Source: Candidatus Aenigmatarchaeota archaeon | Lineage (GTDB): Archaea; Aenigmatarchaeota; Aenigmatarchaeia; QMZP01; QMZT01 | NCBI GenBank assembly: GCA_963726265.1 | Contig: CAVSBQ010000002.1 | Span: 288,001-352,000, forward strand | Direction of reading: 5' to 3' | DNA: 64,000 bases | Shown here: positions 1-12,616 of the stretch, piece after piece | How positions within the stretch are numbered: position 1 is the first letter of the stretch | How the letters are laid out: every line of letters begins with the position of its first letter | Notes under the pieces: generated by a model | What the model saw: the letters and a program-made list of their open reading frames with translations, nothing else | Databases searched by the model: none | Told to the model about the DNA's origin: nothing | Program-made: the position numbers and the translations under genes

Positions 1-1232
1 CTGCCGATTATGAGCGAGAATATCGACGCGAGCTTCGTGCTGGCGGGCATGACGAACTGGGAACTTTCCGTGATTTTCGTGAACAGCACGGTCATGGGCT
101 GGTTGTTGACCAGGTTGGCGGCGAAGCTGGACAGGAAGCCCATGGACAGGACGGCAACGAAGATGTTGGAGGATATCGAAGAAAAGAAGGCCGCTGCGGC
201 GTCAGTGACGCCGCTCACGACGAGCGCCTCGACCATTATGAACGAGCACGCGAGAAACGGGATGATTTTCCAGGGCATGCGCTCGGCTATCATGTGGAGG
301 CGGAATTCATACACCTTGGTCGCACGGCGGCGGAAGTATCTCTGGAAGATGTTGTAGTATTTCAGGTGCTCCTTGTAGTATTCCTCGAACGCCATTGCGG
401 AATCGTAGACGAAGAGCGCCAGCGCAAAGAGCAGCGAGACCTGCCACATCTCGAGGCCCAGTAATGGCGAAAGGAACAGCGTTACCAGCGTGAGGCAGAA
501 GGTCGCGAATGTCACGGCGGCGCAGTTCCTGTCCTTGAGGAAGTCGTCCGGGTTTACGTCCTTCGGGACCCTGAAAGTGATGCTGACGTTGTTCCTGAAT
601 ACGGAATAAAGGAGCGCCAGGCACGTCAGGCCCGCGGCGAGCGTGGGCAGGACCATCCAGAAGGAATATTCGATGATGTTTATGCCGCTGGCCGAAGCCG
701 CGATGATGTTCGTCGGGTTGCCCACGTAAAGGAACATGCTCCAGATGTTGGCGGCGAAGAACTCGGCTATCAGATAGGGGAGGACCCTGATCTTCGCGTG
801 CCTGCCGAAGTAGAAGATGATGGGCGTGAGCGTGAGGATGACGATGTCGTTCGAGGTGAACAGCGTGATGAAGCCGCTGAGGAAGTAGAAGTAGAAGAAC
901 AGCTTGCGCCCGTCGCCGCCCGAGCGCATGATGAGCTTCAGGGCGACGTATTCGAAGAAGCCCGTGCTGTCCAGCGATATCGCGATGTACGCGACGGACA
1001 TGAAGAGGATGATTATGGTGTAGGGGCTGAAGCCCTCCCTTCCGACCAGGGAGGCGAATGCCTGGCCAGGGCTCAGGACTCCGGAAAGCAGGATTATGAG
1101 CACGCCGAGCACGCTGCCGAAGGCGTAATCGAGCTTTAGCCCGCGGCCGATGTATGGGAGCTTTACCGTCGTCGGCCTGATTATGAAGAATATCGCCACG
1201 AGGAAGGCGAGCAGGATGAAGATTATCCCCAT
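1..1232 (-). CDS. ArsB/NhaD-family (ion transporter superfamily) membrane protein, 3' end runs off the window
   Basis: Hand translation from ATG at 1232: MGIIFILLAFLVAIFFIIRP...FTSNDIVILTLTP...LYVGNPTNII...NLVNNQPM. Highly hydrophobic, with the SND, GNPTN and NNxP motifs of ArsB-like permeases. No stop inside the window, so it is absent from the ORF track. Confidence 0.8.
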   Translation of the reverse strand, partial: MGIIFILLAFLVAIFFIIRPTTVKLPYIGRGLKLDYAFGSVLGVLIILLSGVLSPGQAFASLVGREGFSPYTIIILFMSVAYIAISLDSTGFFEYVALKLIMRSGGDGRKLFFYFYFLSGFITLFTSNDIVILTLTPIIFYFGRHAKIRVLPYLIAEFFAANIWSMFLYVGNPTNIIAASASGINIIEYSFWMVLPTLAAGLTCLALLYSVFRNNVSITFRVPKDVNPDDFLKDRNCAAVTFATFCLTLVTLFLSPLLGLEMWQVSLLFALALFVYDSAMAFEEYYKEHLKYYNIFQRYFRRRATKVYEFRLHMIAERMPWKIIPFLACSFIMVEALVVSGVTDAAAAFFSSISSNIFVAVLSMGFLSSFAANLVNNQPMTVLFTKITESSQFVMPASTKLASIFSLIIG

Positions 1233-1351
1233 ATTATCTATTGGGCCGGTGGACTGATAAAAATTAAGGCCTGGGAACCCGGGGAAGGAAAACTTTAAAA
1301 GGCACGGTTCGATAATTTTCTCAAACAAAATGCAGTCATAGGTAGAAATAG

Positions 1352-2881
<1,530 letters not shown>

Positions 2882-2885
2882 TAAT

Positions 2886-3704
2886 ATGACATCGCCAAAA
2901 GAGACAGGCCTCGACGGTAAGATTCTGAACATGCTTTCGGGCAGGCCGCTGAACGTCGCGAAGCTCATGCTGAAGGACGGCGAGATAGACCACCTGCAGG
3001 ATTACGCGAACACGGTCTCCATCAAGCGCCTGGGCTACAACGACCACGGCCCGGTCCACATGAGGAAGGTCGTCATTAACGCCCTCGTGATGATGGACCT
3101 GCTCAACAAGGCGGGAGTCAGGTTCAACCTCGAGGACGAAGGCGCAGGCTCGTTCGAGGACAGCAAGATCGCCGTGATGCTGGCGTCCTTCCTGCACGAC
3201 ATAGGCATGAGCGTCGGCCGCGAAAGGCATGAGAACGCCGCGGCCATGCTGGCGCTCCCCATCCTGGACCGCATCCTCGGCCATGCATACAGGGACGATC
3301 TCCAGCGCAGGGTCATCGTGCGCTCCATGGTCATAGAAGGGATACTCGGCCACATGGGCAGCCAGAAGATCGAATCGCTGGAAGCCGGCATAATCCTGAT
3401 AGCGGACGGCTGCGACATGGAGAAAGGACGCGCTCGAATACCGATGATAATCAAGGAGTCGGTAAAGGAATCGGCCGTAGGCAAGATGGGCGACATCCAC
3501 AAGTATTCCTCGTCCTCGATACAGAAGGTCACGATAGAGAAAGGCCAGGAACGGCCGATAAAAATCACGGTCGAGATGGATTCTCCCGTGGGGTTCTTCC
3601 AGGTCGAGGAAGTCCTGCTGAAGAAAATCAACTCGAGCCCGGTCAAGCCGCACATCGAGCTTTACGCCGGCGTCGCGGGCCAGAAGATGAAGTGCTACCT
3701 GTAG
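2886..3704 (+). CDS. HD-domain metal-dependent phosphohydrolase
   Basis: NDHGPVH...LHDIG...H...ADGCD pattern typical of the HD superfamily. Confidence 0.85.
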   Translation: MTSPKETGLDGKILNMLSGRPLNVAKLMLKDGEIDHLQDYANTVSIKRLGYNDHGPVHMRKVVINALVMMDLLNKAGVRFNLEDEGAGSFEDSKIAVMLASFLHDIGMSVGRERHENAAAMLALPILDRILGHAYRDDLQRRVIVRSMVIEGILGHMGSQKIESLEAGIILIADGCDMEKGRARIPMIIKESVKESAVGKMGDIHKYSSSSIQKVTIEKGQERPIKITVEMDSPVGFFQVEEVLLKKINSSPVKPHIELYAGVAGQKMKCYL

Positions 3705-3757
3705 TGCCACGCAAAGAAAAGGTTATTAAATTTAACGGCAAAATATAGTTGTTCTCC

Positions 3758-5061
<1,304 letters not shown>

Positions 5062-6958
5062 TTATCTTTTCTGCTTGATTTTGCCGAGCTCTACGTTTAG
5101 CTCGCCCATCACGATGGCGGGGTTTATCTTCCCTCTCACTTTCTGCATGACCAGGCCCAGGAGGATTTTTTCGCCGCGCTCGTCGCCGATGAGCTCCTTG
5201 TTTTCATCGAGCGTATTATGGATTATTATCCTGAGGTCTTCGATGCTCAGCGGGCGGATTTTCGTCTTCCTGATGGCGTTGTCTATGTGTATGTCTGGGT
5301 GCGCAGCGAGCTCTTTCAGCACGCCGGGAATCGCTTCCTTCGTGAGCCTGCCTTCCTTCAGCTTTTCGAACAGCGCGATGAAGTGGCTTTCCTGAAGTTT
5401 TTCCACATCTATGCCTTCTTTCCTTTTCAGGTAGGGCAGCGTGGATACCAGCGTGGTCGCGATGACCTTCGGGTCCGCGCCAGTCCTGACAAGCGCGTCG
5501 AAAAGCTGCTTCTTCCCAGCCTTGACCACCTGCTTAGTTATCTCCTTGCTTATGCGGAATTTGCGGACAAGCTCCTTGGCGTGGCGCTCCTCCTTCTCTT
5601 CCAGGAGTTCGGGAAGGCTCTTCCTGATTTCCGCGAGTTTGTGGTGCGTGATTCTTATCGGCGGGACGTCGGTCTCCGGGTAAAGCCTTGCCGCCCCGGG
5701 CAGCGGGCGCATGAATTCGGTGTCGCCGTTCTCCAGCGCCTTTCTCACTTCCTGCGGCACGCCGTCGACAAGCTGGTTTATGCGCCCTGCGACTATGCCC
5801 ATCACTTTCTCGACGGCGTCCTTTTCGCCGACCGCGATTATGAGCGTGTCGCCTGCGCCCGCTTTCATCTCGTGCTTCAGCTTCTCGAAGTCCTTCGTCG
5901 AGCCTGTATTTTTCCAGGTCCTCGTCGCTGTGTATTATGCCTTTCAGCTCGGATTTCGCCCTGACGTAATTCGCTATCTCATTCCCCAGCGTTCGCGTCG
6001 GCGTGAGCTGCCTTTTGAGGAAGCCCGCGAAACCCGGGATAAGGATTGCATACGTCGCCTTGTCCCTGGTTATCTTCGATTCCGAGCCTTTGAAAATATG
6101 CGAAACATGAACGACTTTCGGTTTCACGTGTTTGAAGCCGCTTTTGTGCAGCTCGTCCTTTATCGCGAGCAGGTTCGCCTGACGCAGCATCTCGTTCCCG
6201 ACGAGCTTCGGAATCATCTTCAGCTCCTGCGCGCCCTTTATCTCGACGCGTCGCGCCTCCGCGATGGAAACGTTGATGTCCTGGCGAATCGTTCCCAGGC
6301 CGCGCTTGACCCTTTCCGTAGAGCGGACAATCATGCCAAGTTTCTCCGCGACCTCGCGCGCCTGCTCTGGCGAGCGGATGTCGGGCGACGTGCCTATCTC
6401 GACGAGCGGGATGCCGAGCCTGTCGAGCCCGTAGAACACGCGGTTCCCCTCTCTCCCCATTATCTGGCAGCTCTCCTCCTCAAGGCAGATGTTCGCTATG
6501 CCGACCTCGCCGAACGACGTCTTCATCTTCCCGTCCAGCCCTGCCACAGCGGTTCTCTGGAAGCCCGAGGTGTTCGAGCCATCCAAAACAGTCTTCCTCA
6601 TCACGTGGATTTCTTCAGGCACCTCGCATTTGAGCATCCCGGCTACGGTCAGGACAATATCAAGCGCCTCCGCATTCATCGCATGCGGGGGCTCCTCATC
6701 CAGCTCAATAAGGCAGGTTTCTTCAGGATAGACCCTGTAGACGAACTCCGTTCCTTTGGCCACTTCGCCGAGCGCGGCCACATCGATTTCGCCGGTCTCG
6801 CCCGCGACCACGCGCAGCCTGCGCACGACCTCAGCCTGCGGCTTCGCTTCCGAAAAGCGAGCCCTGCAGCCGCAGAAGAGCTTGCGCTCCGTGTCGAGCT
6901 GCTGGTGGATTTCGATGCCGCATTTCAGCCTTAACTTTGAATAGTCGATTTCACTCAT
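5062..6958 (-). CDS. gatE: Glu-tRNA(Gln) amidotransferase subunit E (frameshift near 5900)
   Basis: GIEIHQQL, RKTVLDGSNTSGFQRT, LDRLGIPLVEI and GTIRQD in ORF 5534-6958; RPLPGAARLYPETDVP and the helical tail in ORF 5062-5868. Confidence 0.95.
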
Positions 6959-7540
6959 TCAATCATTCTCCAAAAGCTTTATTGTATGATTCAGCAGAGT
7001 TTTGTATGTCTGGACCTTATTCCTGATAGTTTTTTTGATTTCAGGAAAGAAAATCTTTTTCTCCATGTCCCTGTCAATTTTTTCAGAAATCCATTCAAAA
7101 GTTTCCTTTAGCCCAATATCGTTTCTCTTTGCAATCCAAGGTAAAATGAGAAACCTATCTATATGCCCCAGAGCGTCGGCTGTGGCGAGTATCTTCGCTT
7201 CCAGACTCTTAGGGAGATACCCGTCTCTGCACCGATGTGAAATTATCGCATTGGAAACCTTTTTTATCATGTCTTCCGGATAACCCATCTTTCTCATTAT
7301 CCTTTCAGCTTCCATCGCCCCCGTAATATGGTGGTCCTCGTTTCCGTGGCTCTCTATTGTGTTGTCATGAAGCCAAGCAGCTATTTCGACGACCTCTTTG
7401 TTCGCCCCGAATTTCCTGGCCATATCAAGCGAATATTTCACAACGGGTTTTACATGAAACCTGAAAAAAAGTTTCGAAAGCTCATCATATTTTTTTGAAT
7501 TCTCCAGAGCAATTTTCTTGATTTCTTCGATTCTATTCAT
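6959..7540 (-). CDS. HD-domain protein
   Basis: FH...AAWLHD...HH...SH...ADA motif. Lower GC than the flanking gat genes. Its stop abuts the gatE start. Confidence 0.85.
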   Translation of the reverse strand: MNRIEEIKKIALENSKKYDELSKLFFRFHVKPVVKYSLDMARKFGANKEVVEIAAWLHDNTIESHGNEDHHITGAMEAERIMRKMGYPEDMIKKVSNAIISHRCRDGYLPKSLEAKILATADALGHIDRFLILPWIAKRNDIGLKETFEWISEKIDRDMEKKIFFPEIKKTIRNKVQTYKTLLNHTIKLLEND

Positions 7541-7561
7541 TCAATCCCTCTGCAGATATTC

Positions 7562-8119
7562 TTAGCGGACATCCTTGATGCTCCTCAGGACTTTGAGATA
7601 AATCTTTTCAAGCTTCATCTCCTTTACTTTCTTTTCAAGGTATTTTTTGTCCAGCCCCTTTCCCTGCTTAAGCAATACGTATTTCGCATCAGTCAGATCT
7701 TTTTCGCTTCTGAATAGCAGTTTGAATACCACCACATCTTCTGGTGAATTTATCCAGACTTTTTGCCCGTAAAAATTCACTTTCCTTCTTCTTCTGAACG
7801 TTTCCCTGCCGAGTTCCGTGTAAACGCCCTTGACATCAAGCCTGTACGGAGACTTGTCATCAAAAACCGTGAAATGACTTTTCTCGTCGAGCGCGAGTTT
7901 CACGCCGTCCTCGTCAACGGAAAAGTGGTTTTTCTTGAGGAAACCGGCGAATTCGCCGATTCTGCCACCAAGTTGTATGACGATGTCGATGTCGGCGCTA
8001 GTCCTCGGCATCCCATAGTAAGCGACGCTTACGGCTCCGACCAGCATGTACGGGATTTTTTTCTCGTTCAGAAACCTCGTGACAATCCTTATGATTTCAT
8101 CGTATCCTCTCATGTGCAT
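7562..8119 (-). CDS. Pol-beta-fold nucleotidyltransferase (AbiEii/DUF6036-like)
   Basis: LVGAVSVAYYGMPRTSADIDIV (G...RxTxDxD) and C-terminal KL...RSEKDLTD. Start is 8119 or 8113. Confidence 0.8.
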   Translation of the reverse strand: MHMRGYDEIIRIVTRFLNEKKIPYMLVGAVSVAYYGMPRTSADIDIVIQLGGRIGEFAGFLKKNHFSVDEDGVKLALDEKSHFTVFDDKSPYRLDVKGVYTELGRETFRRRRKVNFYGQKVWINSPEDVVVFKLLFRSEKDLTDAKYVLLKQGKGLDKKYLEKKVKEMKLEKIYLKVLRSIKDVR

Positions 8120-8315
8120 CCCCGTTTCTGTAAATCTTTTTCAGTTCAATGACCAGCTCTTTCTCGCTGATTTTTGGTTTTTTTGCTCTGATGGAACCTA
8201 TGCAAATATTCATCACGGCCCTGTTCATGTCAGCCATCGCCTCAAGCGACCTGCTGCCGTGCAGCTTTCTCATCTGCCTGACTTCGGGCATCAGTTCCCT
8301 TTTTTCATGGCTCAT
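8097..8315 (-). CDS. 72-aa small helical protein, putative antitoxin partner of the downstream nucleotidyltransferase
   Basis: MSHEKRELMPEVRQMRKLHGSRSLEAMADMN...IRAKKPKISEKELVIELKKIY. The ATG overlaps the gatD stop (ATGA) and the end overlaps the NTase start. Confidence 0.6.
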   Translation of the reverse strand: MSHEKRELMPEVRQMRKLHGSRSLEAMADMNRAVMNICIGSIRAKKPKISEKELVIELKKIYRNGDAHERIR

Positions 8316-9698
8316 TGCCCTGCCTCGCTTAGTTTTTTTGCAGAAAAAGCATCCGTTTCCGTGCGGGTCGTTATCTCGCCCGCATAGCTCGTGCGCATCA
8401 TCTCCCTGATTTTTTCCATGCTTTTCGTCTTGCCGAGCACCCACATGAGCTTTATGTATGCAGTTTCGGTGAGCATGTCCTCGCCGGGTATCGCTCCGGA
8501 TTCTATGAAAAGCTTGCGCAGGTTCGTGTAGACGTAAGGATTGACCCTGCCGTAAATCGTCTGTGACGTGACGACAAACGGAATCGCTTCCGAATGCTTT
8601 TTGATTATGGTCGTCCACGGCTTGCTCGAGACCTCGGTAGGCACGTGGCCCATGCCCGTCCCCTCGATGACGAAGCCCTTCGCGCCGTTCTTTACGTGAT
8701 GCTCGATGACATTCGGGTGCGAGCCCGGATAGGCCCTGAGGATTGCGACGTTCGGCTCGATTTTCGCGTCGACCTCCACTCGTTTTTTATCGTCCCTTTT
8801 CCTGTGATTCGCGTTCGTTATTTCCATTCTTCCGCTGGGAAATATCTTCGCCAGCGCGGCCTCGTTTATGGGCTGGAAGGCGTCGCGCCTGGTCGTGTGC
8901 ATTTTCCTGACCTTCGTCCCGCGGATGAAATGGCAGTAGTCGTCGTTCGTGCTGCCATGCATGCACACCCCGACCTCGGCGATGTCCGAGATCGCTATGC
9001 GCGAAGCGCATATGAGGTTCATGCCAGCGTCGGAAGAGCCGCGGTCGCTGGAGCGCTGCGCGCCGACCAGAACGACTGGCTTGTAAAGGTTGCGCAGGAA
9101 AAAGGACAACGCCGCGGAAGTGTAGTGCAGCGTGTCCGTGCCGTGCGTGATTATAACGCCTTTCTTGCCAACGTTCAGCTCCTTCGCGACGTGCCTCGCT
9201 ATTTTTGCCCAGTCCATCGGGCTCCATGTCCTCGCTCATCTTGTTGAGCGGGCTGGACATCTCAAGGTTGACTATGTGAGAAAGCTCGGGGATGTTGTGC
9301 AGAAGTTCTTTGGGATTCTCGACTGCGTAGACGCCGCCTGTCCTGTAATCCACGCGGGAAGCGATGGTGCCGCCCGTCGAGATGAGCGCGACTTTCGGCT
9401 TGTTCGCGTCGAACCTGACCTCGAGCAGGCTTTTGTTCGTCCTGCCGAACTCGTATTTCGCTTCCTCACCGACTTCCCTGGGCTCGCGCTCATGAGACTT
9501 CGCAATCTTCAGGCCGGCCATGTCAAAGCCGACGTTGTAGCCGCTGTCGAGCTTGATGATAACCGTCTTCTCGTCCCCGTGCAATGGCTTCGGCATGAGC
9601 AGGCCGGCGTATTTCTTCCCATCTTTCTCGACAAGGACCCTGTCGCCGACGGCTATTTTCTTGTCGTCAAGAATCCGCTGTATTTCGTGAGAATACAT
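8312..9698 (-). CDS. gatD: Glu-tRNA(Gln) amidotransferase subunit D (frameshift near 9220)
   Basis: KLDSGYNVG and STGGTIASRVDYRTG, then HGTDTL, GAQRSSDRGSSD and RKMHTTRRDAF in the next frame. ATG at 9696-9698. Confidence 0.95.
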
Positions 9699-9723
9699 AA
9701 TTAGAATATGCCGCAAGTTTATA

Positions 9724-10617
9724 TTAAACTTGCATTCTGGTGATATAATCTTTAAGTTTATTATAAAAATCTGTGTGCAACGGAATACCGCTTTCGGCCG
9801 CAACCATCGCATTAAACGTGGCCTCTTCATATCTTTTCATGACGCCTAAAGGTAAGGAATGGCCATACCAGGCCAGAAGGTTTTTCTTGTTAAGTGATAT
9901 CGCTTTCCTAAAAAGCCTTTCCGCAACTTCGTAATTCCTGTGCGCGTAATAACAGGAACCAATGTTGTAATAGATTTCAGAAAAGGCCTCTTCCCTGCTC
10001 ATGCCGCTCATGAAAAAGCCGTAATCAAGTTCTGTTCTTGAATTGTATTTTTCCCAGACAGCGTCATCCATGAATTCGCTCCAGTTGGGATGGAAACTCT
10101 TACGGGTTCCATCGCTTCCGTTCCATATCAGATAGCAGTGATATTTGTCAGGAGACCATGTCCTGGTCTTGGCCAGCGATATGGGAAAATCCATTTTCTC
10201 CCTCAGTTTTTCCCCGACGTCAAGGTGTATGAAACAGGAAACATCACAGTCCAGCATTTTGCTGTCCAGTGCCTCACCCAGTAACATGACATTTTTACCG
10301 GTATTGAATTTGGGTTTTTGGTTCATAATTTCGTTAATTATCAACATGTTTTCAGGGCCTTTCTCCGGCCTGCATCTTTCCATCGCCGTTTCTGCGATGT
10401 CCGAAAGGATTTCGCGCGCATTGCTCAGGCTGAAATTGTAGCCGATGCCACTTGAATAACGGTGCTCGACGGTTACAGCGGCGTCCCCGAAGGTTTTCCT
10501 TTCCAAAATCCCGATCTCTGGATCCTTCTTATCAGATGCGACGCTGCCGAAAACAGCTAGGCCTGCGCCTGCTATTGTCACATCCTTCAGGAATTCCCTT
10601 CGTCTGATGACTGCCAT
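9724..10617 (-). CDS. Secreted transglutaminase-like/TPR protein with twin-arginine signal
   Basis: N-terminal RRREFLK plus a hydrophobic stretch; LDCDVSC...HCYLIW candidate catalytic Cys/His; C-terminal TPR (YYNIGSCY...AERLFRKAI). AT-richer than core genes. Confidence 0.6.
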   Translation of the reverse strand: MAVIRRREFLKDVTIAGAGLAVFGSVASDKKDPEIGILERKTFGDAAVTVEHRYSSGIGYNFSLSNAREILSDIAETAMERCRPEKGPENMLIINEIMNQKPKFNTGKNVMLLGEALDSKMLDCDVSCFIHLDVGEKLREKMDFPISLAKTRTWSPDKYHCYLIWNGSDGTRKSFHPNWSEFMDDAVWEKYNSRTELDYGFFMSGMSREEAFSEIYYNIGSCYYAHRNYEVAERLFRKAISLNKKNLLAWYGHSLPLGVMKRYEEATFNAMVAAESGIPLHTDFYNKLKDYITRMQV

Positions 10618-10663
10618 GCTTTAGACTTTGTCCAAAAATTTTAAAAACAGATGCGGAAGGGCT

Positions 10664-10930
10664 TCATACCTTTACGCGTGCCATCCTGGGCCCGAAGAAA
10701 ATCCCAGGGTTGTCGCTAAAGGAATAACCTTCTTCCCTTTTATCTTTCAGAACTTCCCGTAAATAGTGATTGAATTCATACCTTCCAAGAGGCATCAAAC
10801 CGCATTCACTTTCTGCTATGCGCTGCAGGGAAAAAACGTACATCTCAGGCCAGCCGTGATTTATTTCACGGTAGTGTTCAAGCGCCTTTGAAATCGATCT
10901 TCTTATCAAATGACCGGAAAGCAAATCCAT
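10664..10930 (-). CDS. Hypothetical protein
   Basis: 88-aa ORF filling an AT-rich gap, with a TATA-like element upstream. No recognisable motif. Confidence 0.5.
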   Translation of the reverse strand: MDLLSGHLIRRSISKALEHYREINHGWPEMYVFSLQRIAESECGLMPLGRYEFNHYLREVLKDKREEGYSFSDNPGIFFGPRMARVKV

Positions 10931-10998
10931 TCCATCTTATTGCCCGAAAATTTTTTAAATGTATACTATGCCAGAACGGGCGGGTTTTACGCGAGTTT

Positions 10999-12558
10999 TT
11001 AAGCGAACTCGCCCAAGGCCATCTGCTTCTTTGCGTGTCGTCTGCGCGGCGGCTCGGCGGCTTCGCCGCGCATCTCGTAAAGCGTCTTCCTCATGACGCT
11101 TTCCTTCCTCTGCGCGGTCCAGTAATACGCCTCGTCGCGCGTATGCTTGGCTATGAGAATGATTATCCTGCCGACCTTCGTTCTTCCCACCCGTCCGCGG
11201 CGCTGGATGGAACGAATCTCGCTGGGAACCGGCTCGTAGAAAATGGCGAGCTCCATTTCCGGGATATCGATGCCCTCCTCCCCTATTGATGTCGTGACCA
11301 AGACATTGTATGTGCCTTCCCTGAATTCATCGATGCGCTGCTTCTGCTCGAGCTGCGACATCCCATCCTTCTGCCCCATGAACTCGCCCGGCCTCGCGCC
11401 GTCGACGTTCGAGAGCGTCTTCACGAGCTCCCTTACCATCTCCCTGTAGTTGGCGAACAGTATTATTTTCGAATCGGGTTTTGCGCGCAGCTGGCTGCTG
11501 ATGATTTCGCTGAGCTTCGCCATCTTAGGATGCTTGCGCCCCTCGGCTTCAAGCGCCTCGGCCAGCTTCATCGCCCTAAGCACGCCTTTGTCGCGCAGCA
11601 CGCTTCTCGACGACCTTGCCTTGTCCGACGAAAGCTTGCGAAAATAGTTCCAGAGCGAGGTTATGCCCTGCGTCTCAAGCAGGCCGAGAGCGTGCTCGAG
11701 CTTTATCGCCTGCGCGACGAGCGACACGCCCCAGAATTTCCTGAAGTCCCTCGACGGGTTGGCCATGAGCTTGCCCTGGAGTTCGATCAGGTCGCGCTTG
11801 CTGATGATGCCGACGGGCTTGTTGAAGCCGATTTTTTTGAGCTTCTCCAGCCTGTCCATGTAGGCTTTCCTCAGATGCTTCCCGAGCTCAACGAAAGCGT
11901 CAGGCAGGTTGACGTAAACCCACTCGACCTGCTTCTCCTGGACCCAAGGCCCGACGTCATGGTCGCTTTCCGTGCGTATCTCCACGTCGCGTATGCCGAG
12001 GTTGTCCATTATCGTCTTTATCTTCGCCTTCGTTCCTCCTGGCGAGGCAGTGAGGCCGAGAATCCTCCTGTTCTTCGCCTGCTCCGCATAAACCTTCGCT
12101 ATGAACGGGTAAGCGTAATCGCCTATCGAATGATGCGCTTCATCGAAAACCAGAAGCGAGAAATCTGACAAATCGAGCCTTTTTTCCTGGAGGTCGTTCT
12201 CTATGGTCTGAGGCGTCGCGAAAATGATGCTGGCATTTTTGTAGAGCTCCTGCCTGCTCTCCGGCTTCGTCTTGCCGGTCACGAGCACAAAACTGTCATC
12301 GGGTAAATCGATGACGCGCCTGAACGAGCCGAGATGCTGTTCGGTTAGCGGCCTGGTCGGGGCCATGACCAGCACTTTCGAGCCCGGGAATTTCTGCAGA
12401 CGGAAAACAGACAGCGCAATCGCTATCGGAGTCTTGCCCAGTCCCGTTGGTAACACGCAGAGCAGGTCGCTGGCTACCGCGCGGCCGAGAATCGCCTCCT
12501 GGTACAGCCGGGATTCCAGCGTGCCCTTCTTTATCATCGGATGTTCGACGAATGCCAT
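10999..12558 (-). CDS. Hef/FANCM/Mph1-like DEAH helicase lacking the ERCC4 nuclease domain
   Basis: RLYQ, LPTGLGKT, DEAHH, GLTASPG, EEGIDI and QRRGRVGR. Ends with KQMALGEFA. Start MAFVEHP at 12558. Confidence 0.9.
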   Translation of the reverse strand: MAFVEHPMIKKGTLESRLYQEAILGRAVASDLLCVLPTGLGKTPIAIALSVFRLQKFPGSKVLVMAPTRPLTEQHLGSFRRVIDLPDDSFVLVTGKTKPESRQELYKNASIIFATPQTIENDLQEKRLDLSDFSLLVFDEAHHSIGDYAYPFIAKVYAEQAKNRRILGLTASPGGTKAKIKTIMDNLGIRDVEIRTESDHDVGPWVQEKQVEWVYVNLPDAFVELGKHLRKAYMDRLEKLKKIGFNKPVGIISKRDLIELQGKLMANPSRDFRKFWGVSLVAQAIKLEHALGLLETQGITSLWNYFRKLSSDKARSSRSVLRDKGVLRAMKLAEALEAEGRKHPKMAKLSEIISSQLRAKPDSKIILFANYREMVRELVKTLSNVDGARPGEFMGQKDGMSQLEQKQRIDEFREGTYNVLVTTSIGEEGIDIPEMELAIFYEPVPSEIRSIQRRGRVGRTKVGRIIILIAKHTRDEAYYWTAQRKESVMRKTLYEMRGEAAEPPRRRHAKKQMALGEFA

Positions 12559-12616
12559 GTAAATGCACTGAATAAGAAATCGCAGGAGGTCATAAAAAGT
12601 TTGACAAGGCGGCAAA

